Positions 37,234 through 47,871 are shown, counted from the stretch's first letter. The stretch: 59,065 nt of DNA from Candidatus Zambryskibacteria bacterium RIFOXYD1_FULL_40_13 (GCA_001824295.1 MHWY01000003.1:1-59065), one strand, 5' to 3'. Translations and numbers: made by a program. The notes: generated by a model not told the origin, from the letters alone.

Positions 37234-38496
37234 TTACTCAATTATTTTTTCAATTTTCATGCCCCTTGAGCCCTTAAGGAGGAAAGTGTAACTCTTAAAT
37301 TTTTGTTTATCAAACCAGGTTTTTGCTGAAACAGAGTCAGGGAACCAGTCGTGCGGTTTCCTTGTCTTACCAACTGCTATCTTGAAATTTTTACCGACAA
37401 ATATTACCTGGTCTATTTTTTGTTTTAAAACATAGCTTGCAATCTTCTTGTGCTCTGATGCGGAATATTTTCCAAGCTCAAGCATGTCACCAAGGATAAC
37501 GCCTCTGGGTCCGTTGGTTGATTTAATAAAGCTCTGAAGTGATAGGGAAACGCTGGTTGGGTTTGCATTGTAGCAATCCACAATGTATTTAATTTTATTT
37601 TTTGACAGGAATTGAGACCTCTTTGACGTTGGTTTATATTTACAGATAGTCTTTAGGGCCTCTTCAACAGTAACACCAAAGTTTTTACCGACAGAAACGG
37701 AAAGCAGGACGTTCTCAATGTTGTAGTTACCGAACATCTTCGTTTTGTATTTTTTTTGTTTCCACACCACAGTCAATGGGTTTTGGTTGGTATTTTTTAT
37801 ATTTACCTCTGGATAAGTGATTCGTATGTTTCTTTTTGAGTCAGACATCAAATCCTTGTGTTCCTTGTTTACAAACACTTTCACTCTGTTTTTGAGTGCC
37901 CAGTCATATATTTCTTTATTGGCTTTTCTTGCTCCGCTTGGCGAGCCAAAGCCTTCCAGGTGGTCCATTCCGTTGTTTGTAACCACAACATGAGTCGGAT
38001 TTATTATATTCAATAATTCTATGTGTTCGTTTGGATGGTTTGCTCCTATTTCAAAAACCCCAATTTGAGTTTTTTTATTCATTGAAAAAATAGAAAGTGG
38101 TACCCCAAGATGATTATTCAGACTTCCTTCTGTTGCACACACCTTGTATTTTGTTTTCAATATGTCACGAACGAGCTCTTTGCTTGTTGTTTTACCGTTT
38201 GACCCTCCGATTACAAGGATTGGAATTTGAAAAGTTTGTCTATATTTCCTAGCGAGGTTCTGAAGTGTGTTTAGTACATTTGGTACAAAATAAATATTAT
38301 CACCAATCTTTTTAATATCATCAGTGACAGCAATAACAGCTCCTTTTCTAAGGGCTTCATCTACAAACCTGTTTCCATCAAAAGAGTCGCCTTTAATGGC
38401 AAAGTAGGCCTTTCCCCTTAGGTCCTCCCGAGTGTCTTTTGACACCTTAAATTGGCATTTTTTCAGTATCTCAAAAAGTTTTTCCTCAGTATTCAT
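37234..38496 (-). CDS. murF: UDP-MurNAc-tripeptide:D-Ala-D-Ala ligase
   Basis: DTR, GSNGKTTSKE, NNHLGVP, DCYNANP.S, LGDMLELG, LKGSRG. Confidence 0.95.
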   Translation of the reverse strand: MNTEEKLFEILKKCQFKVSKDTREDLRGKAYFAIKGDSFDGNRFVDEALRKGAVIAVTDDIKKIGDNIYFVPNVLNTLQNLARKYRQTFQIPILVIGGSNGKTTSKELVRDILKTKYKVCATEGSLNNHLGVPLSIFSMNKKTQIGVFEIGANHPNEHIELLNIINPTHVVVTNNGMDHLEGFGSPSGARKANKEIYDWALKNRVKVFVNKEHKDLMSDSKRNIRITYPEVNIKNTNQNPLTVVWKQKKYKTKMFGNYNIENVLLSVSVGKNFGVTVEEALKTICKYKPTSKRSQFLSKNKIKYIVDCYNANPTSVSLSLQSFIKSTNGPRGVILGDMLELGKYSASEHKKIASYVLKQKIDQVIFVGKNFKIAVGKTRKPHDWFPDSVSAKTWFDKQKFKSYTFLLKGSRGMKIEKIIE

Positions 38497-38538
38497 TAAT
38501 GGAACAATAAATCAAAACCTAAATAATATCAAATACAG

Positions 38539-39432
38539 TTATGAGACAAAACCAGCCAAAGACTTATCAATTTTTCTAGTTTCTCTCGGTGAAAACCACT
38601 TGATATTCTTATCCCTCTTAAACCAAGTTATCTGACGTTTGGCATAGCGCCAGATTTCTGTTTCAAGTTTCTGGATAAATTCAGCTTTAGTCATTTTCTT
38701 TTCTAAATAATCTGCCTCATATCGGTATTCTAGTCCAAGTTCTCTCATGCGTTTCCAGGACAAACCTTCTCGGTGTAATTTCTTGGCTTCATTTATCATA
38801 CCGCCCTTGATCCGAAGAAGTAGTCGCTTGTGAATATTTTCTTTTAGCTTCTTATCCGGAAGTGTTAGTCCAATTTGTAAAGACTTATAAGAATTCTCCG
38901 CACCAGTCCTCTCGAGGGTTGGTACTGAACCCAAGTAAGTCGCGATTTCTATTGCTCGTATCAATCTTACTTTGTTTTTTATATCTATATCTGAAAACCG
39001 TCTTATGTCTAGTCTCGCCAATGTTTTTTGTAGTTTCTCCAAACTATTTTTCTCCATCTTTTTTCGAAGTATTTTGTTTGGTGGCACTTCTGGCAGAACA
39101 ATATTATCGACGACTGACTGGATGTAGAATCCAGTACCGCCACAAATGATTGGTAGTTTACCTCTTGAAATAATATCCGCAATAGTTTTCCTTGTTCTCT
39201 TTTGCCAATCTGAAACCGAGTAGACTTTTTTTGGCGAAACTACATCTAGCATGTAGTGGGGAACACCCCGCATCTCTTTTTTAGTGATTTTTCCTGTGCC
39301 GATATTTAGTCGCTTGTAGACCTGTCTTGAATCAGCGGAGATTATTTCTCCGTTGTATTTTTTGGCCAGTTTAACAGCTAGGCTACTTTTACCCGTGGCA
39401 GTTGGCCCGAGGATAACAAGGATTTTATTCAT
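38539..39432 (-). CDS. miaA: tRNA dimethylallyltransferase
   Basis: GPTATGKS, SADSRQVY, GGTGFY, YAKRQITWF. Confidence 0.97.
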   Translation of the reverse strand: MNKILVILGPTATGKSSLAVKLAKKYNGEIISADSRQVYKRLNIGTGKITKKEMRGVPHYMLDVVSPKKVYSVSDWQKRTRKTIADIISRGKLPIICGGTGFYIQSVVDNIVLPEVPPNKILRKKMEKNSLEKLQKTLARLDIRRFSDIDIKNKVRLIRAIEIATYLGSVPTLERTGAENSYKSLQIGLTLPDKKLKENIHKRLLLRIKGGMINEAKKLHREGLSWKRMRELGLEYRYEADYLEKKMTKAEFIQKLETEIWRYAKRQITWFKRDKNIKWFSPRETRKIDKSLAGFVS

Positions 39433-39436
39433 TTTG

Positions 39437-39518
39437 TGCCGGGGAGAGGACTTGAACCTCCATCCCTTGCGAGACGCGATTTTGAGTCGCGCGCGTATAC
39501 CAATTCCGCCACCCCGGC
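39437..39518 (-). tRNA. tRNA-Leu(CAA)
   Basis: GCCGGGG...CCCCGGCA; CGCGA-CTCAAAA-TCGCG. Confidence 0.95.
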
Positions 39519-39576
39519 AATGAAGAAAGTCTATCTTTATTTTACTAAAAAATCAATTTCGTGATAAAATACTTTT

Positions 39577-40620
39577 ATGACACAGTTTTATAACGATTCA
39601 GTATTTTGGATTGATGTGGACAAGATTCACCCAAATCCCTTTCAGCCAAGGAGAGAGTTTGATGAAGCCCAGATGCAGAGTTTGTCCGATTCCATACGAC
39701 AGTACGGGGTGCTTCAGGCCCTAGTTGTAACCAGAAAGGAGTATCAGAAGGAAGATGGTGGTCTTGGGGTAGAATACGAGCTTATTGCTGGCGAAAGGAG
39801 ACTTCGAGCGTCAAAGCTGGCTGGCCTTTCTCAAGTACCTGTTCTTATAAAGGTTGGGGACGAGACAAACGACCTCATGAAGCTAGAGCTGGCTATTATT
39901 GAAAACATTCAGCGCGAGGATTTGAATCCCGTAGACCGCTCACGAGCCTTCCAGCGCCTTATAGATGAGTTTGGTTTCAAACATGTTGAGATTGCCAAAA
40001 AAGTTGGTAAAAGTCGGGAGTATGTTTCAAACTCAATCCGTCTACTTCTTCTTCCTCCAGAAATACTGGACGCACTTTCACAGGGCAAAATATCCGAAGG
40101 TCATGCACGGCCTCTTATGATGCTTGGCGATAGACCAGAGGAGCAGGGGACTTTGTTCAAGGAAATAATGTTTAGAAAACTGACTGTGCGTGAGGCCGAG
40201 GCCATTGGACGCAGGATTGCTTACGACAAGATTCGCAAGAAAGGAATAACCCTTGATCCCGAGACGCAAGAGATGGAGGAGAAGCTTACTGAAACACTTG
40301 GTACAAGAGTTTCCATAGAGAAACGGGAGAACGGCGGGAAGATACTCATAGACTTTTTCTCGGTTGATGATTTGAAGGATATTTTAGAATTACTTAAAAC
40401 AAACAAGGCAAAATCTCCAACAGAGATGCTAGACAGACACATAGAGAAAAACCCAGTTCCGCCAAAGAATGAATTTACCCCAGAATATGTTAGAGACGAA
40501 AAATTAGCAGAAATGACCATTGAAGACTTGAATAATCTTGACGACCGCACACCAGAAGAAAAGAAAGAAGGGGAGAATAGTGAGGAAGAGATTTACTCAA
40601 TCAAAAATTTCTCTATCTAA
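39577..40620 (+). CDS. parB: ParB/Spo0J chromosome partition protein
   Basis: NPFQPRREF, IAGERRLRA, ENIQREDLNP, GKSR..VSN, GHAR. Confidence 0.95.
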   Translation: MTQFYNDSVFWIDVDKIHPNPFQPRREFDEAQMQSLSDSIRQYGVLQALVVTRKEYQKEDGGLGVEYELIAGERRLRASKLAGLSQVPVLIKVGDETNDLMKLELAIIENIQREDLNPVDRSRAFQRLIDEFGFKHVEIAKKVGKSREYVSNSIRLLLLPPEILDALSQGKISEGHARPLMMLGDRPEEQGTLFKEIMFRKLTVREAEAIGRRIAYDKIRKKGITLDPETQEMEEKLTETLGTRVSIEKRENGGKILIDFFSVDDLKDILELLKTNKAKSPTEMLDRHIEKNPVPPKNEFTPEYVRDEKLAEMTIEDLNNLDDRTPEEKKEGENSEEEIYSIKNFSI

Positions 40621-40738
40621 ATTTCCAAATTTGACGAACTCCTTTGTTGGACTTCAAAAAATACTTCTCACTTTACGATAAGTAAAGCTCAAAGTATTTT
40701 TCTCGTCCGCCTCAGATTTCATTCAAATTTGAAAATTT
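40619..40738 (+). repeat. Divergent member of the 101-bp hairpin family
   Basis: Same bulge words (gttg, ttc, tca, ctca, ctc, cgcct) with compensatory stems. Confidence 0.6.
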
Positions 40739-40754
40739 GACGGACTCGCCACCT

Positions 40755-42260
40755 TTATTTTTTATTGTTCTCTAGGTAATTATTTATTCTTCTCTTTGCC
40801 ATTGTTGTCTTGCAGAACTCAAGCCACTTACGACTGGGTTTTGAACTTTTTTTTGTCTCAATTTCCACGCGGTCACCATTTTGAAGTATTGTGCTCAATG
40901 CGACAAATTTACCGTTTACTTTTGCTCCGGACATATGGCTTCCAATATCTGTATGTATTGCGTATGCAAAGTCAATAACAGAGGAATCTTTTGGCAAGTC
41001 AATCACATCACCTATGGGGGTAAAAACAAAAATTCTTTCCTCAAAAAAATCATCCTTTATTTCATCAACGAGTCCATCTCCTGTTTCCTTTTGATATTCA
41101 ACTAATTCTTTGACCCAGTGTGGTATATCAACAGAACTAGAGTGTATCCCAGCGTTTGGGTTTTCGTTCTGCTTCCATGGCAGTATCTTTGTTACCCAAA
41201 GCAGGTCAGGGTTGGTTGTTTTTTTCTTTATTCCTTCCTTGTATGAAAGGTGAGAAGCGATACCATACTCTGCTTCCTTGTGCATGTCCTCTGTCCTTAT
41301 TTGTACTTCAATAATACCCCCATCACCAGAGAAAATGGTGGTATGTATGGACCTGTAACCATTTAGTTTGGGTGAGGCAATATAATCTTTTATTCTTCCA
41401 GGTAGAGGTCTCCATGAACCATGAATGATCCCAAGAATTTTATAACAGTCGGCTATATCTGGAACGGTGATGCGCAGAGCAGAGATATCATATACTTTTT
41501 CAATATCCATATCCTTTTGCTTCAGTTTCTTGTACAACGAATACATACCTTTGACACGATGGTCAATTTTGAAATCAATTATGTTGTTTTTTGCCAACTC
41601 TTTCTTGATTAGTTTTTCAAATTTCTCCAGATATTTCTCCTGCTCTTTCTCTTTTGTTTTAAGCAAATCTTGGACATTTTTCCAGTCTTCAGGATACACA
41701 TACATGAAGGATATATCCTCCAGTTCTCTCTGAAGTTTTTTTATACCAAGACGGCTGGCGATAGGCGCATATATCTCTAGGGTTTCCTTTGCAATGCGCA
41801 ACTGCTTTTCTTCCGGAACATATGCCAGTGTTTGCATATTATGTAGTCGGTCACAGAGTTTAACAATAAGTACCCTTATATCTTGTGACATTGCTACAAA
41901 AAGTTTACGGAGACTTTCGTTGTATCTGTTTGTTCCACGATATTTAATTTCTCCAAGTTTTGTTACGCCCTCTATGAGAAACAAAATTTCTCTTCCAAAC
42001 TCTTTTTCCACTTCCTCACTGGTAATATCTGTATCTTCAAGCATGTCATGTAAAAACCCCGCAGAAATAGTTGTTGGGCTCATACCCAACTCGGCTATGT
42101 TTTTTGCTGTGGCGAATAGGTGATTAAAGTATTCCTCCCCACTGTTCCGTTTGTGTGTGGCATGTGCTTTCCTGGCAAAATCATACGCTTTTTGGATAAG
42201 TGCAATATCGTTCTCTGTTGGGTTGTATAATAGAGATACTATCTCTTTTATATCATTCAT
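40755..42260 (-). CDS. RelA/SpoT family (p)ppGpp hydrolase-synthetase (HD-SYNTH-TGS)
   Basis: RNSGE.Y..H, LHDMLEDT, DRLHNM, YAPIA.RLG, KDYIA.PK.NGYRSIHT, EVQIRT, TGS 'DFAYAIHT'. Confidence 0.95.
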   Translation of the reverse strand: MNDIKEIVSLLYNPTENDIALIQKAYDFARKAHATHKRNSGEEYFNHLFATAKNIAELGMSPTTISAGFLHDMLEDTDITSEEVEKEFGREILFLIEGVTKLGEIKYRGTNRYNESLRKLFVAMSQDIRVLIVKLCDRLHNMQTLAYVPEEKQLRIAKETLEIYAPIASRLGIKKLQRELEDISFMYVYPEDWKNVQDLLKTKEKEQEKYLEKFEKLIKKELAKNNIIDFKIDHRVKGMYSLYKKLKQKDMDIEKVYDISALRITVPDIADCYKILGIIHGSWRPLPGRIKDYIASPKLNGYRSIHTTIFSGDGGIIEVQIRTEDMHKEAEYGIASHLSYKEGIKKKTTNPDLLWVTKILPWKQNENPNAGIHSSSVDIPHWVKELVEYQKETGDGLVDEIKDDFFEERIFVFTPIGDVIDLPKDSSVIDFAYAIHTDIGSHMSGAKVNGKFVALSTILQNGDRVEIETKKSSKPSRKWLEFCKTTMAKRRINNYLENNKK

Positions 42261-42360
42261 GGGTATTTCTATATTGTAATGAAAATCGGCTTAAATACAA
42301 CAAACCATATCTAGCTAGTATTCTGTCCTGTATGTGCTAGTCTGACTCATGGAGGGTCGC

Positions 42361-42570
42361 ATGACCACATTTCTCGTTCTTCTGTTGTTTGGATGGCTTA
42401 GGAAACGCTACAAGCCCCCATTCGTAAAGTGTGAACAGTGCGGAAGCAGAAAGACAGTTTGGCATAGGAACAAGGGTGAGTGCCATCTGCTCTGTAGTGG
42501 GTGGCGACATTGCTATGCCTGTGGTCACGAAGAAGTCGGGTGTAGCAATACGCCCGGCGGGTCTCAATAG
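42361..42570 (+). CDS. Small zinc-ribbon protein (orphan cassette)
   Basis: GGAGG SD; CEQC...CYACGH. Confidence 0.55.
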   Translation: MTTFLVLLLFGWLRKRYKPPFVKCEQCGSRKTVWHRNKGECHLLCSGWRHCYACGHEEVGCSNTPGGSQ

Positions 42571-42689
42571 AAAAGGTTCTCGCGCAAGCGTATGCTCGGG
42601 GTCCTGAGTAACATTGGGACCTTTTCTATAAAACTATTTATGTGTCTCTCTCTGAGGAACATGGCGAGAAGGAGATTTTATATCTTAAT

Positions 42690-44918
42690 TTATTCAGCTT
42701 TTTTCTTTCTAAACCCACGTTTTTTCTTTTCTTGAGCAAATATTTCAAGTGCTCTCGGAAGTTCTATGGTGTAGACGTCATCTTCTTTAAGCGAGCGAAA
42801 ATCTTTTTGATGCACAACATATGGTCCAAACATCCCGACGTTTGCTGTAATTTTTTCTCCTGTTTCCGGATGAACACCAAGAACTCTTGGTAAGGTGAGA
42901 TATGTAAGAGCATCTTCAAGCGTAACGCTGGATAAGTCCTTGCCTTTCGGAATACTTGTCATCTTTGGCTTCGGGGCTTTTTTGCTTCCTTTTCCTTTGA
43001 CTCTGTCTCCAAGTTGGACATATGGGCCATACTTTCCAATCATGATATAAATTGGCAGTCCTGACTCTGGATCTGTTCCTATCGGTTCTTCTTTCTTTAT
43101 CTCTAGCCCATCCATTGTTAGTGAGCCCTCGCATTCAGGATATTTGGCACAGGAAAGAAATTTTCCTCCCCTAGATAATTTTATTATCATTGGTCCGTCA
43201 CATGTTGGGCACTTGAGGCTAGGGTCGGCGTCTCCCATGTTTGTAACCTTATCCATTTTGTCTTTGCTTTTCACTTCAGCGAGAAATGGACCATAAAATG
43301 TCTTCAATGTTTTTACATATTCTTCCTTACCGTCAGCGATAAGGTCTAGCTTGTCTTCCATTTCTGCTGTAAAACTGTCACTTATATAATCTGCGAAATT
43401 AGCTTCCAAGAAACTTGAAACCACATCACCTGTATCTGTCGGTACTAAAGCCTTATTTACTTTATCAACATACCCCCTGTCCTCAAGAGTTTTTATAGTT
43501 GAGGCGTATGTACTAGGTCGCCCTATGCCTCTTTTTTCTAGCTCTTTAATAAGTCCAGCTTCGGAGTATCTTCCAGGTGGTTCGGTTTGTTTCTCTTCTG
43601 TGGAAACCTTTTTCAATTCCAGTTTTTCGTCCACAGAGACCTTTGGCAGTTCAACATCATCACCTCTCGATGCAGGGTCTCCAAGAAGCCACCCAGGAAA
43701 CTTTATTTGTGAGCCAGTAATAGAAAAGTCTGGAATGTCGGCATCCTTTACATTTGCTGTAATTTTTGTCCGAAGAGTGAGTGCATCTTTCATCTGTGAA
43801 GAAACTGCTCGTCTCCATATGAGCTCATATAGTTTTTTTTGTTCATCATTTATTCCGGCGTGTTCCACGTTGAAGTGGGATGGCCTCACAGCTTCGTGTG
43901 CTTCCTGCGCGTTTTTGCTTTTTGTTGCGAACTTTCTTATCTGTAGGTATTCCTTACCAAACTTTTTTTCAACTACCTCGGCAATCTGTGCTATTGCAAC
44001 ACCACTTAAGTTTGTTGAGTCAGTACGCATGTATGTAATATGTCCTGCCTCATATAGTTTTTGTGCGATTCCCATCGTGCGTGAAGGAGAGAAGCCGAGT
44101 CTAGAGCTGGCTGTCTGCTGTAGGGTGGACGTGATAAAAGGTGCACGAGGAGATTTTTTTACATCACTTTCTTTTATATCTTTTACAAACCACTTCCTTT
44201 CTTCGCCACCCTTCTCTGCAACATCCACAATATGCTTGAGGGTTTTTTCGTCCGTTGGTTCAACTTCACAGACAAGGGTCATGTTGTTTTTCTTTGCTGT
44301 ACTTACATCTGCTGAAATAACCCAGAATGTATGTGACTTGAAGGCTCTGATTTCTCTTTCTCTTTCCATTATTATACGGAGTGCGGGGGATTGGACTCTA
44401 CCTGCTGATAAGCCGTATCTAACCTTTTTCCATATAAGTCCAGATAGGTCGTATCCAACAAGTCTGTCCAACACCCGTCTTGCCTCCTGCGCTTGTCGTA
44501 AATTCTGGTCTATTTCTCTGGGGTGACCAAGTGCCTCTCGTATCGCTTCTTCTGTAATTTCCACATATGAGACTCTCTTCACTTTTGAATTTTGACTTTC
44601 GGCTTTGGACTTGCCAGACTTATCTTCTATAAGTTCGGCAATATGCCAGGCAATGGCTTCTCCCTCGCGGTCAGGGTCAGTTGCAAGTAGTATCTCGCTT
44701 GCCTTCTTGGAAAGTGATTTTATTTCACTAACCACTTTTTCCTTACCTTTTGATATTTCGTAATGGGGAATAAAGCCACCTTCGATGTCAATGGCTTGCT
44801 TGTTTGATTTCGGTAAATCACGAATATGTCCGACAGAAGCAACAACGGTGTATTCACCGTTAAGGTATTTTGAAATTGTTTTTGCTTTTGCGGGTGATTC
44901 AACGATTAGTAACTTCAT
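42690..44918 (-). CDS. topA: DNA topoisomerase I
   Basis: IVESPAKAK, ATDPDREGE, SAGRVQ, ITYMRTDS, GIGRPSTYA, zinc ribbon and C-terminal repeats. Confidence 0.98.
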   Translation of the reverse strand: MKLLIVESPAKAKTISKYLNGEYTVVASVGHIRDLPKSNKQAIDIEGGFIPHYEISKGKEKVVSEIKSLSKKASEILLATDPDREGEAIAWHIAELIEDKSGKSKAESQNSKVKRVSYVEITEEAIREALGHPREIDQNLRQAQEARRVLDRLVGYDLSGLIWKKVRYGLSAGRVQSPALRIIMEREREIRAFKSHTFWVISADVSTAKKNNMTLVCEVEPTDEKTLKHIVDVAEKGGEERKWFVKDIKESDVKKSPRAPFITSTLQQTASSRLGFSPSRTMGIAQKLYEAGHITYMRTDSTNLSGVAIAQIAEVVEKKFGKEYLQIRKFATKSKNAQEAHEAVRPSHFNVEHAGINDEQKKLYELIWRRAVSSQMKDALTLRTKITANVKDADIPDFSITGSQIKFPGWLLGDPASRGDDVELPKVSVDEKLELKKVSTEEKQTEPPGRYSEAGLIKELEKRGIGRPSTYASTIKTLEDRGYVDKVNKALVPTDTGDVVSSFLEANFADYISDSFTAEMEDKLDLIADGKEEYVKTLKTFYGPFLAEVKSKDKMDKVTNMGDADPSLKCPTCDGPMIIKLSRGGKFLSCAKYPECEGSLTMDGLEIKKEEPIGTDPESGLPIYIMIGKYGPYVQLGDRVKGKGSKKAPKPKMTSIPKGKDLSSVTLEDALTYLTLPRVLGVHPETGEKITANVGMFGPYVVHQKDFRSLKEDDVYTIELPRALEIFAQEKKKRGFRKKKAE

Positions 44919-44927
44919 TTTAATTAA

Positions 44928-45038
44928 ATATACGAATATACGAATTATGCAAATCTACGAATAGCTACGAATAGAATAATAACACAGTCTCATTATTCGC
45001 ATACATTCGTATCATTCGCACGATGTTCGTATCTCGTA
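44928..45038. repeat. Inverted degenerate ~9-mer arrays (TACGAAT / ATTCGTA)
   Basis: tacgaat repeats followed by attcgta/attcgca repeats. Confidence 0.6.
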
Positions 45039-45152
45039 GTATTACTGCAAAATAATTTTTTTGCAAATTACTGGTGTAAATTATTTCCATATATACGATC
45101 ATCCGCCGTACGCAACTCTCGTTGCGCCGGCGGATTGCTGTGAACTCCGTGT

Positions 45153-45380
45153 TCACGGAAGGCGAAAGATGTTTTGTTCTTTCAGCCCGACTGGTGGTAT
45201 TTCAGCGAATCGAGCTTCCTTGCCCGGATGGTCTGCGTTGACCAAGATCCCGGATATTGTTGGGTGTGGGTTCCACCCCATTCCTCCGAACCATGCATCA
45301 GCCTCGGCTTGAGTGAAACGGCCGTCTGCCGTTGTTACGGCGTGGAGTTCACCACCACCCTCGATTAGAGCGTAGCCCAT
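45153..45380 (-). CDS. Small hypothetical protein (orphan cassette)
   Basis: TTGACA-16-TATGAT (45429-45402), GGAGGA SD, hairpin ~45100-45136. Confidence 0.6.
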   Translation of the reverse strand: MGYALIEGGGELHAVTTADGRFTQAEADAWFGGMGWNPHPTISGILVNADHPGKEARFAEIPPVGLKEQNIFRLP

Positions 45381-45474
45381 CGCGTTTGTCCTCCCACAGA
45401 AATCATAGTGTGTTCCCGCAATTTGTCAATTTTGTATTTTCTTTATGGACTTTATAAACTTTATGAACTTTTGA

Positions 45475-46329
45475 CTACTTTAGGTGTATCTCTCCCATAA
45501 CTTCTTCTAAGAGACCCTTAATCTCCATTGTGGCGATGATGGTTTGTGTTACATAAACAGGTTTTCCAAGTTTGCGAATTATTTCGTTACGAGTCATTGG
45601 TTCATTCAGGATGTTTATAACCTCATGTTCGTCTGTTGAGCAGTCGGAATAGTCGCGCCTCTGGAAAAGGTCCTCGTGTGGTCGCAGTCCCAGAGCAGTC
45701 ACGATGTCACTTGGTTGTGTTATTGGGGTTGCTCCGAGTCGGAGGAGCATGTGTGGTCCCTCTGAGGTTTTAGAGAAGATAGAGTTTGGCACAGTGAAAA
45801 CATCACGGTTATATTCAATAGCATATTTTGATGTAATAAGTGTGCCAGACTTTAATTCCGCCTCTATTATAAGAGTGGCGTGGCACATTCCAGCCATTAT
45901 CCTGTTTCGTTGGGGAAAGCTGTATAGTTTTGGTTGCCAGTCATCAGGGAACTCAGAGATAAGTGCACCGCCACTCTCCACAATCTCCTCTGCAATCATT
46001 CTATTTGTAACAGGATATAAAACCTTTTGACCGAGACCAGAACCAGGCACTCCAACAACAGGTAACCCTGCTCTTAGAGCAGAACGCAGAGCTATCCCAT
46101 CCATACCAAGGGCGAGACCGGAGACAATAGTGATAGAGTAACCCCGCAAACCCTCTATCAATTTCTCGCAGACATTTTTGCCGTATTCACTGTATTTGCG
46201 AGAGCCAACAACAGCCAGATATTTTTCTGTTTGTGGTAATTCACCCACAATCCTCATTGATTTTGGTGGGTCGTTGATTTCAAGAAGGAGAGGAGGAAAA
46301 TCTTTCTTGGGTAAATCACGAATTTGCAT
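45475..46329 (-). CDS. dprA: DNA processing protein DprA
   Basis: AVVGSR..SEYG, IVSGLALGMD, FPQRNRIMAG, EA..KSGTLIT. Confidence 0.95.
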   Translation of the reverse strand: MQIRDLPKKDFPPLLLEINDPPKSMRIVGELPQTEKYLAVVGSRKYSEYGKNVCEKLIEGLRGYSITIVSGLALGMDGIALRSALRAGLPVVGVPGSGLGQKVLYPVTNRMIAEEIVESGGALISEFPDDWQPKLYSFPQRNRIMAGMCHATLIIEAELKSGTLITSKYAIEYNRDVFTVPNSIFSKTSEGPHMLLRLGATPITQPSDIVTALGLRPHEDLFQRRDYSDCSTDEHEVINILNEPMTRNEIIRKLGKPVYVTQTIIATMEIKGLLEEVMGEIHLK

Positions 46330-46384
46330 CGTTTAATTATATTTGAATTTGAAAATTATGTCATTGAATAATGTTTAGAAATTA

Positions 46385-46417
46385 CCTGCCCGCCCTCACA
46401 AATCGGGAGCAGGCGGG
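46385..46417 (+). repeat. 33-bp palindromic micro-insert inside a TTAGAAA array
   Basis: cctgcccgcc...gcaggcggg; removal restores ttagaaa-ttagaaa. Confidence 0.8.
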
Positions 46418-46465
46418 GAAATTAGAAATTGAAAATTCCCATAGCATTTGATATGCTTGGGGTAT

Positions 46466-47749
46466 ATGTTGGACATAAAATTCATAAGGGAGAATAGAGA
46501 TATAGTCGAAAGCGCTATAAAGAACAAAAATCGAGAGATAAATCTGGATGATTTAATCGAATTATCAGATAGACGAAAAGCCCTCAAGCAGGAAGTGGAC
46601 GGAGTCAACCAAAAGAGGAATGAGGCCGCGAAGTCTAGAGATGTGGAAGCTGGGGGCCAACTAAAGAAGGAGTTGGAACTTCTTGAAAAAGATTATGACG
46701 AAGTAGACAAAAAGTTTATTTCTATGATGGTTAAAGTGCCTAACATACCATCGCTTGATACTCCAATTGGAAAAGATGATACGGAAAACAAAGTAGTTCG
46801 TAAGTGGGGGGAGCTTCCATCTTTTAGTTTTAAACCAAAAGAGCATGATGATATAGGTAAGGCGTTGGGAATTATTGATATTGATACAGCCGGAGAGATT
46901 TCTGGTTCCAGATTTGCTTATCTAAAAGGCGATTTGGTTTTAATGCAGTTTGCATTGCTACAGCACTGTTTTGGAATTTTAACTAACAAAGAAAAATTAG
47001 AACAATTGGCAAAAAATGTTAATCTGCCGAACGACCTTACTTCATTTACCCCAATAATCCCTCCTGTTTTTATAAAGACTGCAGTACAGAATCGCATGGC
47101 GAGATTTATGACACCAGACGAGCATTACATGTTTCCAAATGATGATTTAATGCTGATTGGTAGTGCGGAACACACTATGGGATCTATGCATATGGATCAG
47201 ATTATAGATGAGAGCAAGTTGCCACTAAGATATGTTGGATATTCAACCGCATTTCGTCGTGAAGCTGGAAGTCACGGAAGAGATACGAAGGGAATAATTC
47301 GTCAGCATCAATTCGATAAGCTAGAAATGGAAACATTCTGTCTTCCCGAACACTCAATACAAGAACAGGATTTCCTAGTTGCTATTCAGGAACACATATT
47401 ACAGTCTTTGGGTTTGCCATATCAGGTGGTTGCAGTCTGTACGGGAGATATGGGTTTTCCAGATTATAGACAGATTGATATTGAGACATGGATGCCTGGT
47501 CAGAATAAATACAGGGAGACACATAGTGCGGATTTAACTACAAGCTTTCAATCTCGTCGCTTGAATACGAGAGTTAAGCGTGCGGATGGAAAGATTGAAC
47601 CACTACATATGAATGACGCCACAGCGATTGCTATTGGCCGTACCTTAGTTGCTATTATAGAAAACTATCAGAACGAAGACGGAAGTATAAGAATTCCAGA
47701 AGTTCTTCAGCCTTACATGGGTGGACAACAAACTATTTCAAAGAAGTAG
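46466..47749 (+). CDS. serS: Serine-tRNA ligase
   Basis: MLDIKFIREN, GSRFAYL, FRREAGSHGRDTKGIIRQHQFDKLE, DIETWMP, ENYQ. Confidence 0.98.
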   Translation: MLDIKFIRENRDIVESAIKNKNREINLDDLIELSDRRKALKQEVDGVNQKRNEAAKSRDVEAGGQLKKELELLEKDYDEVDKKFISMMVKVPNIPSLDTPIGKDDTENKVVRKWGELPSFSFKPKEHDDIGKALGIIDIDTAGEISGSRFAYLKGDLVLMQFALLQHCFGILTNKEKLEQLAKNVNLPNDLTSFTPIIPPVFIKTAVQNRMARFMTPDEHYMFPNDDLMLIGSAEHTMGSMHMDQIIDESKLPLRYVGYSTAFRREAGSHGRDTKGIIRQHQFDKLEMETFCLPEHSIQEQDFLVAIQEHILQSLGLPYQVVAVCTGDMGFPDYRQIDIETWMPGQNKYRETHSADLTTSFQSRRLNTRVKRADGKIEPLHMNDATAIAIGRTLVAIIENYQNEDGSIRIPEVLQPYMGGQQTISKK

Positions 47750-47753
47750 TTTG

Positions 47754-47866
47754 AATTACTAATTTTTAATTCCTAATTTCTAAATAAGTACCAGTAAAAA
47801 ATTATTGGTTAAGGGTTGGGCTTTGGAATTTAGTTAGTAATTAGAAATTAGATTAATTAGAAATTT
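47754..47866. repeat. Inverted degenerate 7-mer arrays
   Basis: ttactaa-tttttaa-ttcctaa-tttctaa ... ttagtaa-ttagaaa. Confidence 0.6.
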
Positions 47867-47871
47867 TCATT

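Noticed and set aside
43525-44526. 333-aa + strand ORF
   Set aside because: Antisense shadow of topA.
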